DNA from: Sphingomonadaceae bacterium
GTDB taxonomy: Bacteria; Chloroflexota; UBA6077
Length of the DNA: 53,027 nt
NCBI GenBank assembly: GCA_050261575.1
Contig: JBLNDL010000020.1
Coordinates: 1 to 53,027, forward strand
Reading direction: 5' to 3'
The position numbers and the translations under genes are program-made. Every line of letters starts with the position of its first letter. The stretch's first letter is position 1. The notes beneath the pieces were generated by a model. The model did not search any database. It saw only the letters and a list, made by a program, of their open reading frames with translations, and had not been told where the DNA came from. Shown here in pieces: positions 11,320 through 21,525 of this stretch.

Positions 11320-12093
11320 CTACTCGATCGTCACGCCGAACTGGGCCGCAGGGGGGGCGTTGTCGCCGAGGGCAGGACTCGCGCCGATCCGAACGAACAG
11401 TTGGTACCTACCCTTGCCGGGGAAGGCCACGTTGTTCCCGTAGTGGAGTTGGTCCGCCGATCCTCCGGCGGGGACCATGGCCAGGAGCGGCTGATCGTAC
11501 TGGACAGGCCGCCCATCTCGCAGGAGGTCCATGCTGACGTTCAGGTAGGGGACCACCTGTCCGGTGGACTCGTCCTTGACCACCACCGTGATGTGCCGGA
11601 TGTAGTCGCCGGTGGCCTCCTTGGGATCGGGTGGCGGGCCCTGGGCCGCGTCCAGGTTCTTGCTTATTCCCTGGGTCTGCCCTCCCACCGTTACCATGGT
11701 CTGTGCTGCACCTCCCTGTCCCTGGCTGCCCTGCTGTCCCTGTGGGGTGGGTCCCGTCGAAGGGGCCGATGCCCCCACCATTCGGGCGGCCGGCACAACT
11801 GCCATGGAGATGGTCAGGTTCTCCTGGGTGATCTCCTCAGGCGAGATCCTCACGTTGGCGCTGCCGGGGGCGGCGGTCGCGCTTGGAGCCTCCGTCGCGG
11901 ACTCCCTGTTCGAGGTAGGGCTGGCGCCGTCTCCGGATGGCGACGGCTGTGACGACTGCCCGGTGTCCACCAGCGGGGAATTCGATTGCTGGTTCTCCGA
12001 TCCTCCGCCCGCGGCGCACGCTGTCAGCACAGCCGAAACCGCCAACAGCGCGATTGTGCTTGCGATTCTCGGTCTGACTGCTACCAGCATCAT
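11320..12093 (-). CDS. Lipoprotein with P19/Tp34/FetP-like domain
   Basis: Lipobox LTAC, S/P/G/Q linker, C-terminal AMVP...LHYGNNVAFPGKGRYQLFVRI. Confidence 0.7.
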   Translation of the reverse strand: MMLVAVRPRIASTIALLAVSAVLTACAAGGGSENQQSNSPLVDTGQSSQPSPSGDGASPTSNRESATEAPSATAAPGSANVRISPEEITQENLTISMAVVPAARMVGASAPSTGPTPQGQQGSQGQGGAAQTMVTVGGQTQGISKNLDAAQGPPPDPKEATGDYIRHITVVVKDESTGQVVPYLNVSMDLLRDGRPVQYDQPLLAMVPAGGSADQLHYGNNVAFPGKGRYQLFVRIGASPALGDNAPPAAQFGVTIE

Positions 12094-12255
12094 GACTCCT
12101 TATCGGTACGATCGCTGCCGCAACAACTAAGAGGGGGCGATGCCGCGCTCGGCGACATCGCCCCCTCTCATACGGCGGTGAGCCGGCCGCGGACACGGCC
12201 GGTCGCGGCACTGCCCACTCTGGCAGGAGGCACCCAAAAGCACGATACGTTCCAC

Positions 12256-12282
12256 TCAAGAATCCTGGCTTCGAGCCGAATA
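12256..12282 (+). promoter_or_regulatory. Putative sigma28 (FliA)-type promoter of the chemoreceptor
   Basis: TCAAG-N14-GCCGAATA, close to TCAAG/TAAA-N14-15-GCCGATAA. Confidence 0.5.
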
Positions 12283-12320
12283 GTTAATGTGTAGACAATC
12301 GTGGGAAAGGGAGGGGAGCG

Positions 12321-14513
12321 ATGAGCAGTCCGTCTGTCACGGTCATGAACGGCCGGTCCCTGTGGCTGCGGGATTGGTCGCTGAAGGCCAGGTTGGTTGC
12401 CTTTACCATGGCTCTGTCGCTGGTTCCGGTGCTGGTCATGAGCTACATCGACAGCATCAGGATCCAACAGGCGCTGGCTCACCAGACCGACCCAATGGGT
12501 GCCTCGGCCCACCTGTTGATCGGTGCAACAATGGTCGTGTCGGCGGTGCTCTCCTATCTGGTGGCGCACCACGTGGCGGGTCCTCTCAGACGGCTCGTCG
12601 GGGACGCGGAGCGCTTGGCCCTGGGAGACCTGGAAAGGACATCTGGGGAGTTGGAGAAGTCCTCCCGAACCATCCGAGCAGCTTCCAGGCACAGCGAGGC
12701 GAAGCTGGACTCGAAGGCCGGTGTGGACGAGCGGGTCTGCGCGGAACGGCGGCAACTGGTCATCCGCATTGCCTCGAACGAGCAGATCGCTGCATTCGCA
12801 GCGGGCTTGGCGAGCGAGGCGAAGGCGGTGCAGCAGTTGCTGGTGGAGTGCGAGCGGTCCAACCCACACTTCAACGGGGTCTCAATCATGGAGCCCAGCG
12901 GAAGGTGCATCGCGTCCTCGGACTCGCGGATGGTGGGCAAGAGCTACGAGTTTCGGCCCTATTTCCAGGAAGCCATTCGGGGCAAGTCGTACTCCTCCGA
13001 TCTCTCCCTGAGCATCGATACCCTCTCCCCTCAGGTGGTCCACACAGCACCGATCCGGTATCGCGGCGAGGTGGTGGGGGTGCTGGCGCTGCGGACAGAT
13101 GGGGCCGACGAATACAGACTTGCCGAGGGCGAGATCGAGGCAGCTTCCAGTGGAAACGAGGTGGAGCGCCTCAAGGAAGCGTTCGCTCGTGTACGGCTCT
13201 ACCTGGTGCAGCTCTCGATGGCGGTGGATCGTGTGGCCAGCGGCGACCTAACCTACGAGGTGAAGCCTCAGTCCAGCCGGGACATCCTGGGTATCGCCAT
13301 GGACCGGATGGTCGTGCGGCTCGGGGATCTGGTCTCACAGGTGAAGGGGACCGCCGACGAGTTGGCGGAGACCTCCTCCCAATTGGGAGTAGCCATCTCT
13401 CAGACCGGTGCCGCCGTTCAGCAGGTGACGGAGGCGATGCAGAGCATGGCCGTCGGATCCCAGGAGGTCTCCCGCTCGGCCCAGACTACCAACTCGGCCG
13501 TGGCTCAGTTGACCCAGGCTATCGACGCTATCGCTCGCGGCGCATCGGCGCAGGCGCGCCAGGTGCAGAATGCCTCGGAGGCGGCTGGCCAGATGGCGGG
13601 GCGCGTCGAGCGAGTGGCGAGCAACGCCAACCAACTGGCGAAGGCGAGCGAGCAGACGAGGGGGTCGGCGGAGCAGGGAGCCGCAGCCGTGAGGGAGACG
13701 GTGTCCGGCATGGCCGAGATCAAGGAAGTCGTCCTTCAGGCGGCCGGCAGGGTGGAGGAGTTGGGCAGGTTGGGCGAGAGGATCGGAGCGGTGGTGGAGA
13801 CCATCGACGACATCGCGGAGCAGACCAACCTGCTAGCGCTGAACGCAGCCATCGAGGCTGCGAGGGCCGGGGAGCACGGACGCGGCTTCGCCGTGGTGGC
13901 CGACGAGGTGCGCAAGCTGGCCGAGCGCTCCCAGCGGGAGACCAAAGAGATCTCCGAGCTGATCGCAGAGGTTCAGCGAGGGACGCAGCAGGCGGTCTCG
14001 GCGATGTCCAGCGGCTCTACGAAGGTCCAGGAGCAGTCCGCCAGGGCGGACGAGGCCCTGGCCGCCCTGCAACGTATCCTGACTGCTGTGTCGGACATGG
14101 CTCGCCAGGTGACGGAAATCGCCGCGGCCGCCCGCGAAATGGAGGTGGGCTCCCAGAGTGTGGTGGAGGCCATGGATGGGATCAGCGCGGTGGTGGAGGA
14201 GAACACGGCCTCGACACAGGAGATGGCCCGCCAGGCATCGGTGGTGACCGCCGCCTCCGACTCCGTGGCGGCGGTGGCCGAGGAGAACAGCGCCTCGACG
14301 GAGGAGGTCTCGGCCTCGGCTGAGGAGATGGCGGCGCAGATCCAGCAGATGAGCGCCCAGGCGCAGGATCTGGCTGCGGCGGCCGAGCGGCTGAGGGGGC
14401 TGGTGGCCCGCTTCAAGCTGGTGGCGTCGCAGCAGGCGGCCGCACCCGTGGCGCCCGCACCGACCGTGCCACAACCCTCTCGGGTCGTGCCTCTCGTCCG
14501 CAAGGTGAGGTAG
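12321..14513 (+). CDS. Methyl-accepting chemotaxis protein
   Basis: [40 protein letters not shown] tip; two N-terminal TM helices; HAMP segments; Cache-like insert. Confidence 0.95.
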   Translation: MSSPSVTVMNGRSLWLRDWSLKARLVAFTMALSLVPVLVMSYIDSIRIQQALAHQTDPMGASAHLLIGATMVVSAVLSYLVAHHVAGPLRRLVGDAERLALGDLERTSGELEKSSRTIRAASRHSEAKLDSKAGVDERVCAERRQLVIRIASNEQIAAFAAGLASEAKAVQQLLVECERSNPHFNGVSIMEPSGRCIASSDSRMVGKSYEFRPYFQEAIRGKSYSSDLSLSIDTLSPQVVHTAPIRYRGEVVGVLALRTDGADEYRLAEGEIEAASSGNEVERLKEAFARVRLYLVQLSMAVDRVASGDLTYEVKPQSSRDILGIAMDRMVVRLGDLVSQVKGTADELAETSSQLGVAISQTGAAVQQVTEAMQSMAVGSQEVSRSAQTTNSAVAQLTQAIDAIARGASAQARQVQNASEAAGQMAGRVERVASNANQLAKASEQTRGSAEQGAAAVRETVSGMAEIKEVVLQAAGRVEELGRLGERIGAVVETIDDIAEQTNLLALNAAIEAARAGEHGRGFAVVADEVRKLAERSQRETKEISELIAEVQRGTQQAVSAMSSGSTKVQEQSARADEALAALQRILTAVSDMARQVTEIAAAAREMEVGSQSVVEAMDGISAVVEENTASTQEMARQASVVTAASDSVAAVAEENSASTEEVSASAEEMAAQIQQMSAQAQDLAAAAERLRGLVARFKLVASQQAAAPVAPAPTVPQPSRVVPLVRKVR

Positions 14514-14534
14514 TCCTCGGTTCGAGGACGCAGA

Positions 14535-14563
14535 GCGGGGGGCGTGCGCACGCCCCCCGCTTT
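14535..14563. terminator. Hairpin between convergent MCP and MFS genes
   Basis: Perfect palindrome GCGGGGGGCGTGC/GCACGCCCCCCGC followed by TTT. Confidence 0.75.
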
Positions 14564-15797
14564 ACGTTGTTCTGGTGGCTCGGCCGCGAGCCCCTGCTAG
14601 AAACAGCCCAAGCGCACCGAGCGCCACTATCCCAGCAAGGGTGTACATCGTGCCGTAGCCCGCTGTCTGGGCCACGAAGCCCCACACGAAGGAGCCGGCG
14701 CCGATCCCCAGGTCCATGGCGGTGCCGAACGTGCCCATCGCCGCGCCGCGACGGGCAGGGGGGGCCCTATCCACCACCAGTGCCATTAGCGCAGGTTGGA
14801 TCGCGGCGAAGGCCAGGCCGTACAGCAGCGCCACGGCCAGGAACGCGGCGAGCGAGTCCGCTACCGCGAGCAGCCACAGCCCCAGGGCGGCCAGGACGAG
14901 CCCCGGCGCGATCACCGCCACGCGGCCGTAGCGGTCGGATAGCTGCCCCGTGAATCCCCGAGCGACGAGGAGTACGGTGGCGTAGGCCGTGAAGAAGAGA
15001 CCAGGGTTCTCGATCCCCTGCTTCGTTGCATAGATTGGCAGGAACGATACGATCGAGCTGTAGGTCATGGCCGTAAGAGCTAGGATCAGCGCCGGGAAGA
15101 GGGCGGTGCGCTCGATGATCCCCTGGTTGGCCCTGTCGGCCGGGCCGGGACTCGACCTGCGCGCCGGCTCGTGGATGCCGGTTCCGAGCAGGACCGACAC
15201 CACGGCCAAGCCTGCGGAGGCGGCGAAGAGGACGGTGAAGCCGAAACTATTCATCAGCATCACCCCCAGGGCGGGCCCCACGGCCATGGCGAGGTTCGTG
15301 AACATCCCGTAGTAGCCCATGGCTGCCCCACGACGGGCCCTGGGGGACACATCGGCTACGACCGCGCTGGTAGCTGTGCCGAAGGCGGCCCACCCGATGC
15401 CGTGGAAAACCCGGAGACCGAGGAGCAGAGGGACCGCCCTCGCCACGCTGTACAGAGCCGAGACGATCGCGAGGAGGGCGGTCCCTCCGAGGATGAAGGG
15501 GCGCTTGCCGTGGTCGTCGGCGGCTTTGCCCACGAATGGCCTGAGCAGCACGGCGGTTACACTCATCACGCCCATGACCAGCCCGACGTCGGCCTCAGTC
15601 CCCCCGACCTGCACCACGTACACCGGCAGGGTGGCCAACAACAGGTAGAAGCTGGAGAAGGTGCTGAGGGTTACCAGGGACGCCAGCAGGAAGTCCCTGG
15701 AGAACAGCCGCTCTCCAGCCGGCCGGGTGCCGGCTGGATGCGGGGACTGAGCCTCCGACGGAGCCTGCTGAGACGCGCGCTTCCGTTTAGCTCTCAT
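14562..15797 (-). CDS. MFS transporter
   Basis: About 12 hydrophobic helices; motif A GKAADDHGKR and GQLSDRYGR. Confidence 0.92.
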   Translation of the reverse strand: MRAKRKRASQQAPSEAQSPHPAGTRPAGERLFSRDFLLASLVTLSTFSSFYLLLATLPVYVVQVGGTEADVGLVMGVMSVTAVLLRPFVGKAADDHGKRPFILGGTALLAIVSALYSVARAVPLLLGLRVFHGIGWAAFGTATSAVVADVSPRARRGAAMGYYGMFTNLAMAVGPALGVMLMNSFGFTVLFAASAGLAVVSVLLGTGIHEPARRSSPGPADRANQGIIERTALFPALILALTAMTYSSIVSFLPIYATKQGIENPGLFFTAYATVLLVARGFTGQLSDRYGRVAVIAPGLVLAALGLWLLAVADSLAAFLAVALLYGLAFAAIQPALMALVVDRAPPARRGAAMGTFGTAMDLGIGAGSFVWGFVAQTAGYGTMYTLAGIVALGALGLFLAGARGRATRTT

Positions 15798-16944
15798 CCA
15801 GGCTGTCCGGCCACTCTGCCAGGGTCACTTCCACCTGCTTTTCGGCTCCGGCTCGACGAATGGTGAGGGTCACTACATCGCCGGGGTTCTTCGTATCGAG
15901 GTAGGAGGATATCTCCTCGACCTTGGATACCTTCTGCCCGTCGACGGCCAGGATCACGTCGCCGCCACTGGGTGTCTGCCCCTGGAAGTTGCGTGAACTG
16001 CTCCTCAGGGCGCCTCTGATGCCGGCATCCTGGGCCGGGCTGTCCGGCATCACCTGCACCACGTAGACTCCCTCAGCCGGAATATCCAACTCCTTGGCGA
16101 GCTCGGCGGTCACCGGTGTCCCGGAGATGCCCAGCCAGGGATGCGAGATGGTCTTGCCAGCGATCATCTCCTCCAGCTCTCGCTGGGCCGTGTTGATGGG
16201 GATCGCAAAGCCGATGCCGACGGAGCCCCTCACCGGACTCTCGATGGCAGAGTTGATGCCGATCACCTCGCCAGCCGAGTTCAGGAGCGGTCCCCCGGAG
16301 TTGCCGGGGTTGATGGCCGCATCGGTCTGGATCATGTCGCGGATTGGCCGGCTCGAGGTGCTGGACGAGAAGGTGCGCCCCAAGGAGCTGACCACCCCGA
16401 CCGTGATCGTGCGCTCCAGGCCGAAGGGGTTGCCGATGGCCACGGCCAACTGGCCGACCCGCAGCTTGCTGGAGTCACCCAGCGGCGCTACCGTGAGCTT
16501 GGACTCGTCGACGTCGATCTTCACTACGGCCAGGTCGTTGCCAGGGTCGCGTCCCAGCAGCTTCGCCTGGACGGTCTCACCGCTGGCCAGGGATACCTCC
16601 AGCCGTTCGGCCCCGGCGACGACGTGGTTGTTCGTCAGGATGTGTCCCTGCTTGTCGATGATCACGCCCGACCCGGTCCCCGTCTGCGGGAACTCGCCGA
16701 ATACGGTCTCTCGGGTGGCCCCCCGATTGGTGATGAACACCACAGCGGGGCTGACCCTTTCGTAGATCGAGACGATGGTGTCCTCGTCAAGCAGGCTCGC
16801 CCTGCCACCGGTGGACGCCGCGCTGGCGACCATCGGCTTGGCGATCTGGGCCACCGGCTGCGTCTGCTGGTAGCCGACGACTATGGCAGCGCCCATCACC
16901 ATGGCAATCAAGGCTAGGACGAAGTTCTTCAACAGTGGCTTCAC
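15787..16944 (-). CDS. htrA: HtrA/DegP-family serine protease (TM anchor, trypsin, one PDZ)
   Basis: TNNHV, DLAVVK, QTDAAINPGNSGGPL triad; C-terminal PDZ. Confidence 0.93.
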   Translation of the reverse strand: MKPLLKNFVLALIAMVMGAAIVVGYQQTQPVAQIAKPMVASAASTGGRASLLDEDTIVSIYERVSPAVVFITNRGATRETVFGEFPQTGTGSGVIIDKQGHILTNNHVVAGAERLEVSLASGETVQAKLLGRDPGNDLAVVKIDVDESKLTVAPLGDSSKLRVGQLAVAIGNPFGLERTITVGVVSSLGRTFSSSTSSRPIRDMIQTDAAINPGNSGGPLLNSAGEVIGINSAIESPVRGSVGIGFAIPINTAQRELEEMIAGKTISHPWLGISGTPVTAELAKELDIPAEGVYVVQVMPDSPAQDAGIRGALRSSSRNFQGQTPSGGDVILAVDGQKVSKVEEISSYLDTKNPGDVVTLTIRRAGAEKQVEVTLAEWPDSLDES

Positions 16945-17008
16945 TGCTCAACCTCCTGAGGGATCGGGTTGGAGAGCCCGACGCTCCGCGGGGACTGCTC
17001 CAGTAGGG

Positions 17009-17052
17009 ATCGTAACAGCAGGATGTTAGGTAGATGTTAGGCTGGTGTTAAA
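17009..17052 (-). promoter_or_regulatory. htrA promoter with three 11-bp-phased direct repeats
   Basis: Plus strand GATGTTAGG, GATGTTAGG, GGTGTTAAA (TGT at 17024, 17035, 17046); minus-strand TG-n-TACGAT -10 at 17014-17009. Confidence 0.75.
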
Positions 17053-18559
17053 ACTTCTGCAAGCCCTCGGAGAGCTGGCTTCGGCTCTCGACGGTCGGTC
17101 GACGCGGGAACGTCAAGGTGAAGCTGGTGCCGGTCGTCGGATCGCTCTCCACGGTGATGGTGCCGCCGTGCAGGTGAACGATCTCCCTGGCGATGGCCAG
17201 TCCCAGGCCGCTCCCGTCGCCATTGCGGGATCTGGACTTGTCTACCTGGTAGAATCTCTCGAAGACCCGGCTCTGATCCTCCGGGGGAATGTAGGATCCC
17301 GTGTTGTGGACCACCACCCGGATCTCTCCGTTGCCATTCTCCCGCGCGCCATTATGGGGGGCGGCAACGGGGTCCACCGACAGCTTCACCGTAATGGCTC
17401 CGCCGCTAGGCGTGTGGCGCACTGCGTTGTCCAGTAGGTTTCGGAAGACCTCCTCCAGGCGGCCCTCATCGCCGACCATTTGTACCGGCTGATCGGCCTC
17501 CAACACCAGCGTCGACTCCCCCAGTTGGGCCTGGGGTCCAGCCCGCTTCACACAGGCTTGCAACAGATCCCGCAGGTCCAGCTCCGATCGATCCAGGGGC
17601 ATCTGCCCGGACTCGATCTTGGAGAGCAGCAGCAGGTCTTCCACCATCCGTCGCATTCGGCTCGACTCGTCGTTGATGATCTGGGCCGCCTCCGCGTACT
17701 CCTCGGGGGTCTTGACGGTCCCATCCAGCATAGCCTGGGAGAAACCCTGCACTGAGGTTAGGGGAGTGCGCAGGTCGTGGGACACGTTGGCCAGGAAGTC
17801 GCGCAGGGTTCTGTGGGAGATGCTCACCTGCCGGGCCATGTGGTTGAATGCTTCTGCCAGCCGGCCCACTTCGTCCCTGCTTCGTACCTGGATGTTCTGG
17901 TCGAAGTTGCCCCTCGCCATCTCCTCGGATGCCCTGGTGATCTCCGCGATCGGCTTCGAGATGGAACGTGAGAGGAGCAGGGCCACCCCGATCGACACGA
18001 TCATGGAGACGAGTCCCGCGAAGGAGAGGCGGGGCGCTAGCTCCAGCCAACTGGAGGTGAGGCTCTGCTCGGGGACCGCGAGCGCAACGAAGTAGGAGGG
18101 TACCCTCGTGAGGAATCGATCGGTGGGGGGGGCGGCGCGCGTCTGGGCCACGATGAACACGATGCCGGGGCTCGCCTCCCGGATGAAGGCGACGGAGTCG
18201 ATGGTATCGGGGTTCTCTCGCCGTTGCCAGGCTGGAGGCATGATGATGCGATTGCCCCGCAGGCTGCCGTCTGTATCCTCCACTACCTGGCCCGCGGTGT
18301 CCACCAGCAGGATGCGCACGTCCATTTCAACCGCCCTGTCTCGAAGGAAGAGGGCGATCTGGTCCGGCGAGGCTCCGGCTCGCTCCAGGAGTCGAACCTG
18401 CCACGAGATCGGCATGGCGAGATCGGATAGCCGGTTCAGCTTGATCTGCCGCTGGTAATCCCGCATCAGGTAGACGAAGGCCGTTCCGGCCAGAAGCAGA
18501 CAGAGGAGTATCACCAGACTGTATGAGGCAACCAGCTTACCTCTGAGACTGCGAAGCAA
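17048..18559 (-). CDS. HAMP-domain sensor histidine kinase
   Basis: Two TMs, HAMP, H-box SHDLRTPL, NLLDNA, FERFY, GSGLGL. Confidence 0.95.
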   Translation of the reverse strand: MLRSLRGKLVASYSLVILLCLLLAGTAFVYLMRDYQRQIKLNRLSDLAMPISWQVRLLERAGASPDQIALFLRDRAVEMDVRILLVDTAGQVVEDTDGSLRGNRIIMPPAWQRRENPDTIDSVAFIREASPGIVFIVAQTRAAPPTDRFLTRVPSYFVALAVPEQSLTSSWLELAPRLSFAGLVSMIVSIGVALLLSRSISKPIAEITRASEEMARGNFDQNIQVRSRDEVGRLAEAFNHMARQVSISHRTLRDFLANVSHDLRTPLTSVQGFSQAMLDGTVKTPEEYAEAAQIINDESSRMRRMVEDLLLLSKIESGQMPLDRSELDLRDLLQACVKRAGPQAQLGESTLVLEADQPVQMVGDEGRLEEVFRNLLDNAVRHTPSGGAITVKLSVDPVAAPHNGARENGNGEIRVVVHNTGSYIPPEDQSRVFERFYQVDKSRSRNGDGSGLGLAIAREIVHLHGGTITVESDPTTGTSFTLTFPRRPTVESRSQLSEGLQKF

Positions 18560-19256
18560 CTCTCCTCTCCTCGCTCGCCGTCACCACCATCTTGTATCCC
18601 ACCCCCCAGATGGTCTGGATGCGGGTGGTCTCACTGCCGGAGATCTTGTCTCTAAGCCAGGTAACGTGTACGTCGATGGTCCTGGTGTCGCCCACGTAAT
18701 CGTAGCCCCACACTGTGTTCAGCAGCCGCTCCCTGTCTAGGACGACCCCGAGCTGCTTGGCGAAGGCAGCCAGCAGGTCGAACTCCTTGGCTCGCAGGGA
18801 TACGGGTTTCCCCGCCACGGAGACCTCTCGCCGGTCCAGGTCGATCTCGATGTCGCCCGCGGTGAGTCTGCGGGTTTGCCGCTCTCCCGCCTGATAGCGG
18901 CGGAGGACGGCCTTGACCCGCGCCACCAGTTCGCGTGGATTGAAGGGCTTGGTCACGTAGTCGTCGGCGCCCAACTCCAGGCCGATGATCTTGTCCACGT
19001 CGTCGCCCCTGGCCGTCAGGATGATGATGGGGACGTCGCTCTCCTTTCGAAGACGTCGACACACCTCCCACCCATCCATCTGGGGCATCATGAGATCCAA
19101 CACGACCAGGTCGGGGCGATGGCTCTTTGCCTTCTCCAGCGCCTCCACGCCGTCGTAGGCGGCTTCGACGCTGTAGCCCTCGCTGCTCAGGTAGAGCCTG
19201 GCGAGTTGGACGATGTTCCGCTCGTCGTCCACGACGAGGATGGTTCCGCTAGACAT
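18537..19256 (-). CDS. OmpR/PhoB-family response regulator
   Basis: VVDDE, LDLMMP, KPF receiver; winged helix RTIDVHV...TIWGVGY. Confidence 0.96.
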   Translation of the reverse strand: MSSGTILVVDDERNIVQLARLYLSSEGYSVEAAYDGVEALEKAKSHRPDLVVLDLMMPQMDGWEVCRRLRKESDVPIIILTARGDDVDKIIGLELGADDYVTKPFNPRELVARVKAVLRRYQAGERQTRRLTAGDIEIDLDRREVSVAGKPVSLRAKEFDLLAAFAKQLGVVLDRERLLNTVWGYDYVGDTRTIDVHVTWLRDKISGSETTRIQTIWGVGYKMVVTASEERRVASQSQR

Positions 19257-19431
19257 TCCTAGATGCCCGCTTTCAACCGACGAAGCCTCTGAGCAAGACG
19301 AAGCCTGCCACGAGTGCCAGGCCGAGGATTAGGGCCAGGCACCCGCAACTGCTGTCGACCCAGTTGGGGTAGCTTCCCATTAATCATATCACCAACTCTA
19401 GTCTTGGGGGCGCAACCCAGGGGGTAAAACC

Positions 19432-19499
19432 ATTGTCCCGCGAGGTTGCTAACCAGATGTTTCGGAGCTGTTAAATGGGTGTAAAAGGGGTGTTAGGGA
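19432..19499 (-). promoter_or_regulatory. Response-regulator operon promoter with five 11-bp-phased repeats
   Basis: TGCTAAC 19447, TGTTTCG 19458, TGTTAAA 19469, TGTAAAA 19480, TGTTAGG 19491; minus-strand GACAAT at 19437-19432 at the same offset as at htrA. Confidence 0.7.
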
Positions 19500-19851
19500 G
19501 GGGAGCGGTGAACCGGAGCGAAGCGTTTCGCCCCAGCCACAGGGAAGCCAGGGCGGTGGTCCCGCAAGCCGGATGGCGTAGGGTGGGCGCGGCGTCACGG
19601 CCCCAACCAAGAGGCCAGCGTTCCCAACACGTATCGTGCGTCTTACGGAACGCCGACCCGAGACCGTAGCCGCACCCTGCGGGGGTGCAGGCCTCGTGGG
19701 GCAAGGGGGCGGCGGCTCGTCCCGAGGCACCCGCAGGGTGAAGCCTGCGGGTGCAGACGTGGGGGCCACGTGAGTCTGCGTCTGCGCTGCTGGAACGACG
19801 CACTGAAGCCCGCGACCCCGACGCCACGGGGCCGCGGGCGTGGTGGGGCGC

Positions 19852-21039
19852 TCAGAACACAGGCTCCTGAAGGTACATCTGGATCGGATCGGTGTAGGTG
19901 AGGGTCTCGCTGCGGGCCAGGGTGCCCGAGGCCACGTCGATGACCGTGCGGTAGAGCCGCTCGCCGGCCTCCTCGGGCGTCTCGCTGCCCTCGATGACAG
20001 TGCCGGAGTAGAAGTCCACGCTGTCGTCGGCCGTGGCGTAGGTCTTGGGGTTGGCCGTCGCCCAAAGGAAGGGCACCACCACGGATGGCGAGCCCTCCAG
20101 GAGGGTTCGACCCGCGACGCCGCCGCCGCCGAGCTGGAAGAGGACGATGTTGGCGCCGGAGGCAGCGTAGCCAGTGAAGATGGAGAGATGGCCCATCCAG
20201 TTGTCCACGAAGAACAGCCCCCTGCCTGGCGGGCGCTCGCCGTACTTCAGAACCCCCTGGATGGGCGCCGTGCCCGCCTTGTGGATGGCCCCGAGACTCT
20301 TCTCTTCGAGGGAACTGATGCCGCCCTTGATGTTTGCGGGCACGGGGTTCACCGTGCGGATGTCCAGTCCAGTGGCCTTGGCGCGCTCCTCCTGGAGGCG
20401 GGCTGCTTCCAAGATCGCTTCGGCAACCTGCGGGGTGGCGGCGCGCCGCGCGAGGGCCTGCTCCGCCCCGATGATCTCGGTGGTCTCGCCGAAGAGGGCG
20501 GTGCCACCCGCGCCGACCACCTTGTCGTAGAGGTAGCCGACGGCGGGGTTACCGGCCAGCCCCGACGTAGTGTCGGAGTAGCCGCACTTGACCCCGAGGC
20601 ACAGGTGCTCGTCGCCGACGGGCTCGCGGCGCAGCTTCGAAGCCTCGTACACCATCTCCCGGGCTAGCCGTATCCCCTTCAGGATCGCGCCGTAGGTGCC
20701 ACCGTACCTGGCCGGGTCGATCAGCTCCACCCGCTTGCCGCTGGAGGCGATCTCGTCTGCCAGCCGTTCGGGTCGCAGCTCCGGGTAGCCCGCGCCAGGG
20801 CTGGCCGCGTGGAGTATCACCGAGGCCACGTTGGGGTTCCGTCCCAGGCCGATCAGCACTCGGGCGATGGTCTCCCGATCGTTCGCGGTGCGCCCCGAGC
20901 CGTGATCCGGGGAGACGAAGGTCTTGGTTCCGGCGACGAAGTCGCAGATGCTCTTCGCGATGATCCCCTGGGGGATCACCAGGACGTAGTTGCGGGTCCC
21001 GACGGAGCCGTCGGGCCGGAGGTATCCGAGAAAGGTCAT
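19852..21039 (-). CDS. UxaA/GarD/SuyB-family hydro-lyase, large subunit
   Basis: FLGYLRPDGSVGTRN, LGVKCGYSDTTSGLAGNPAVG, ETTEIIGAE, NIKGGISSLEEKSLGA. Confidence 0.88.
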   Translation of the reverse strand: MTFLGYLRPDGSVGTRNYVLVIPQGIIAKSICDFVAGTKTFVSPDHGSGRTANDRETIARVLIGLGRNPNVASVILHAASPGAGYPELRPERLADEIASSGKRVELIDPARYGGTYGAILKGIRLAREMVYEASKLRREPVGDEHLCLGVKCGYSDTTSGLAGNPAVGYLYDKVVGAGGTALFGETTEIIGAEQALARRAATPQVAEAILEAARLQEERAKATGLDIRTVNPVPANIKGGISSLEEKSLGAIHKAGTAPIQGVLKYGERPPGRGLFFVDNWMGHLSIFTGYAASGANIVLFQLGGGGVAGRTLLEGSPSVVVPFLWATANPKTYATADDSVDFYSGTVIEGSETPEEAGERLYRTVIDVASGTLARSETLTYTDPIQMYLQEPVF

Positions 21040-21344
21040 CGCTGGCTCCTCCTCTCGAGGTCTCCCCGAGCCCGGGTGCCCTCCAGGTTGTGGACGTGGA
21101 CCATGGCTCCCACGGGGATGGGGCTGCTGGCCCTGCCGATGGTCTCGCCGTACTTGCGGATGACCTCCCCTCGAGGTATCGGCTGCAGGGCGATCTTGAA
21201 ACCGAAGGGGATGGTTTCGGCGGCCCGGAGGGTGATGACATCCTTGCCCACGGGGACCGCGACCTCCTCGCCTGGCCCGATCTCCTCCACCGCGGTGGCC
21301 ACATTGTCCGAAGGGTGCATGATCAGAGCGCGTTTGGCTGGCAT
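21036..21344 (-). CDS. SAF-domain small subunit of split UxaA/SuyA-type lyase
   Basis: DNVATA, IPFGFKIAL, VIRKYGETIG, VHVHNL; ATG 21344 after AGGAGGGGAGG. Confidence 0.9.
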   Translation of the reverse strand: MPAKRALIMHPSDNVATAVEEIGPGEEVAVPVGKDVITLRAAETIPFGFKIALQPIPRGEVIRKYGETIGRASSPIPVGAMVHVHNLEGTRARGDLERRSQR

Positions 21345-21525
21345 CTGTGCCTCCCCTCCTTTCAAGAGAATGTTGTGGAGCACAGTATAGCCCTGTGTGG
21401 AGGCGAGGGCCACGCGTATGCGGGTGATGCGCACAATCATCACGGGCCCATTAGTAGGGGGGCACGGCCTCGCGTGCCCGCTCGCGTCACGCTGCGCCTG
21501 CGCCCCCGTCGCCTGCGCTCGGGCT

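Noticed and set aside
19500..19850. ncRNA or small gene between the regulator promoter and the uxaA-like gene
   Set aside because: Only GC-rich REP-like hairpins; no recognised RNA motif or credible ORF.
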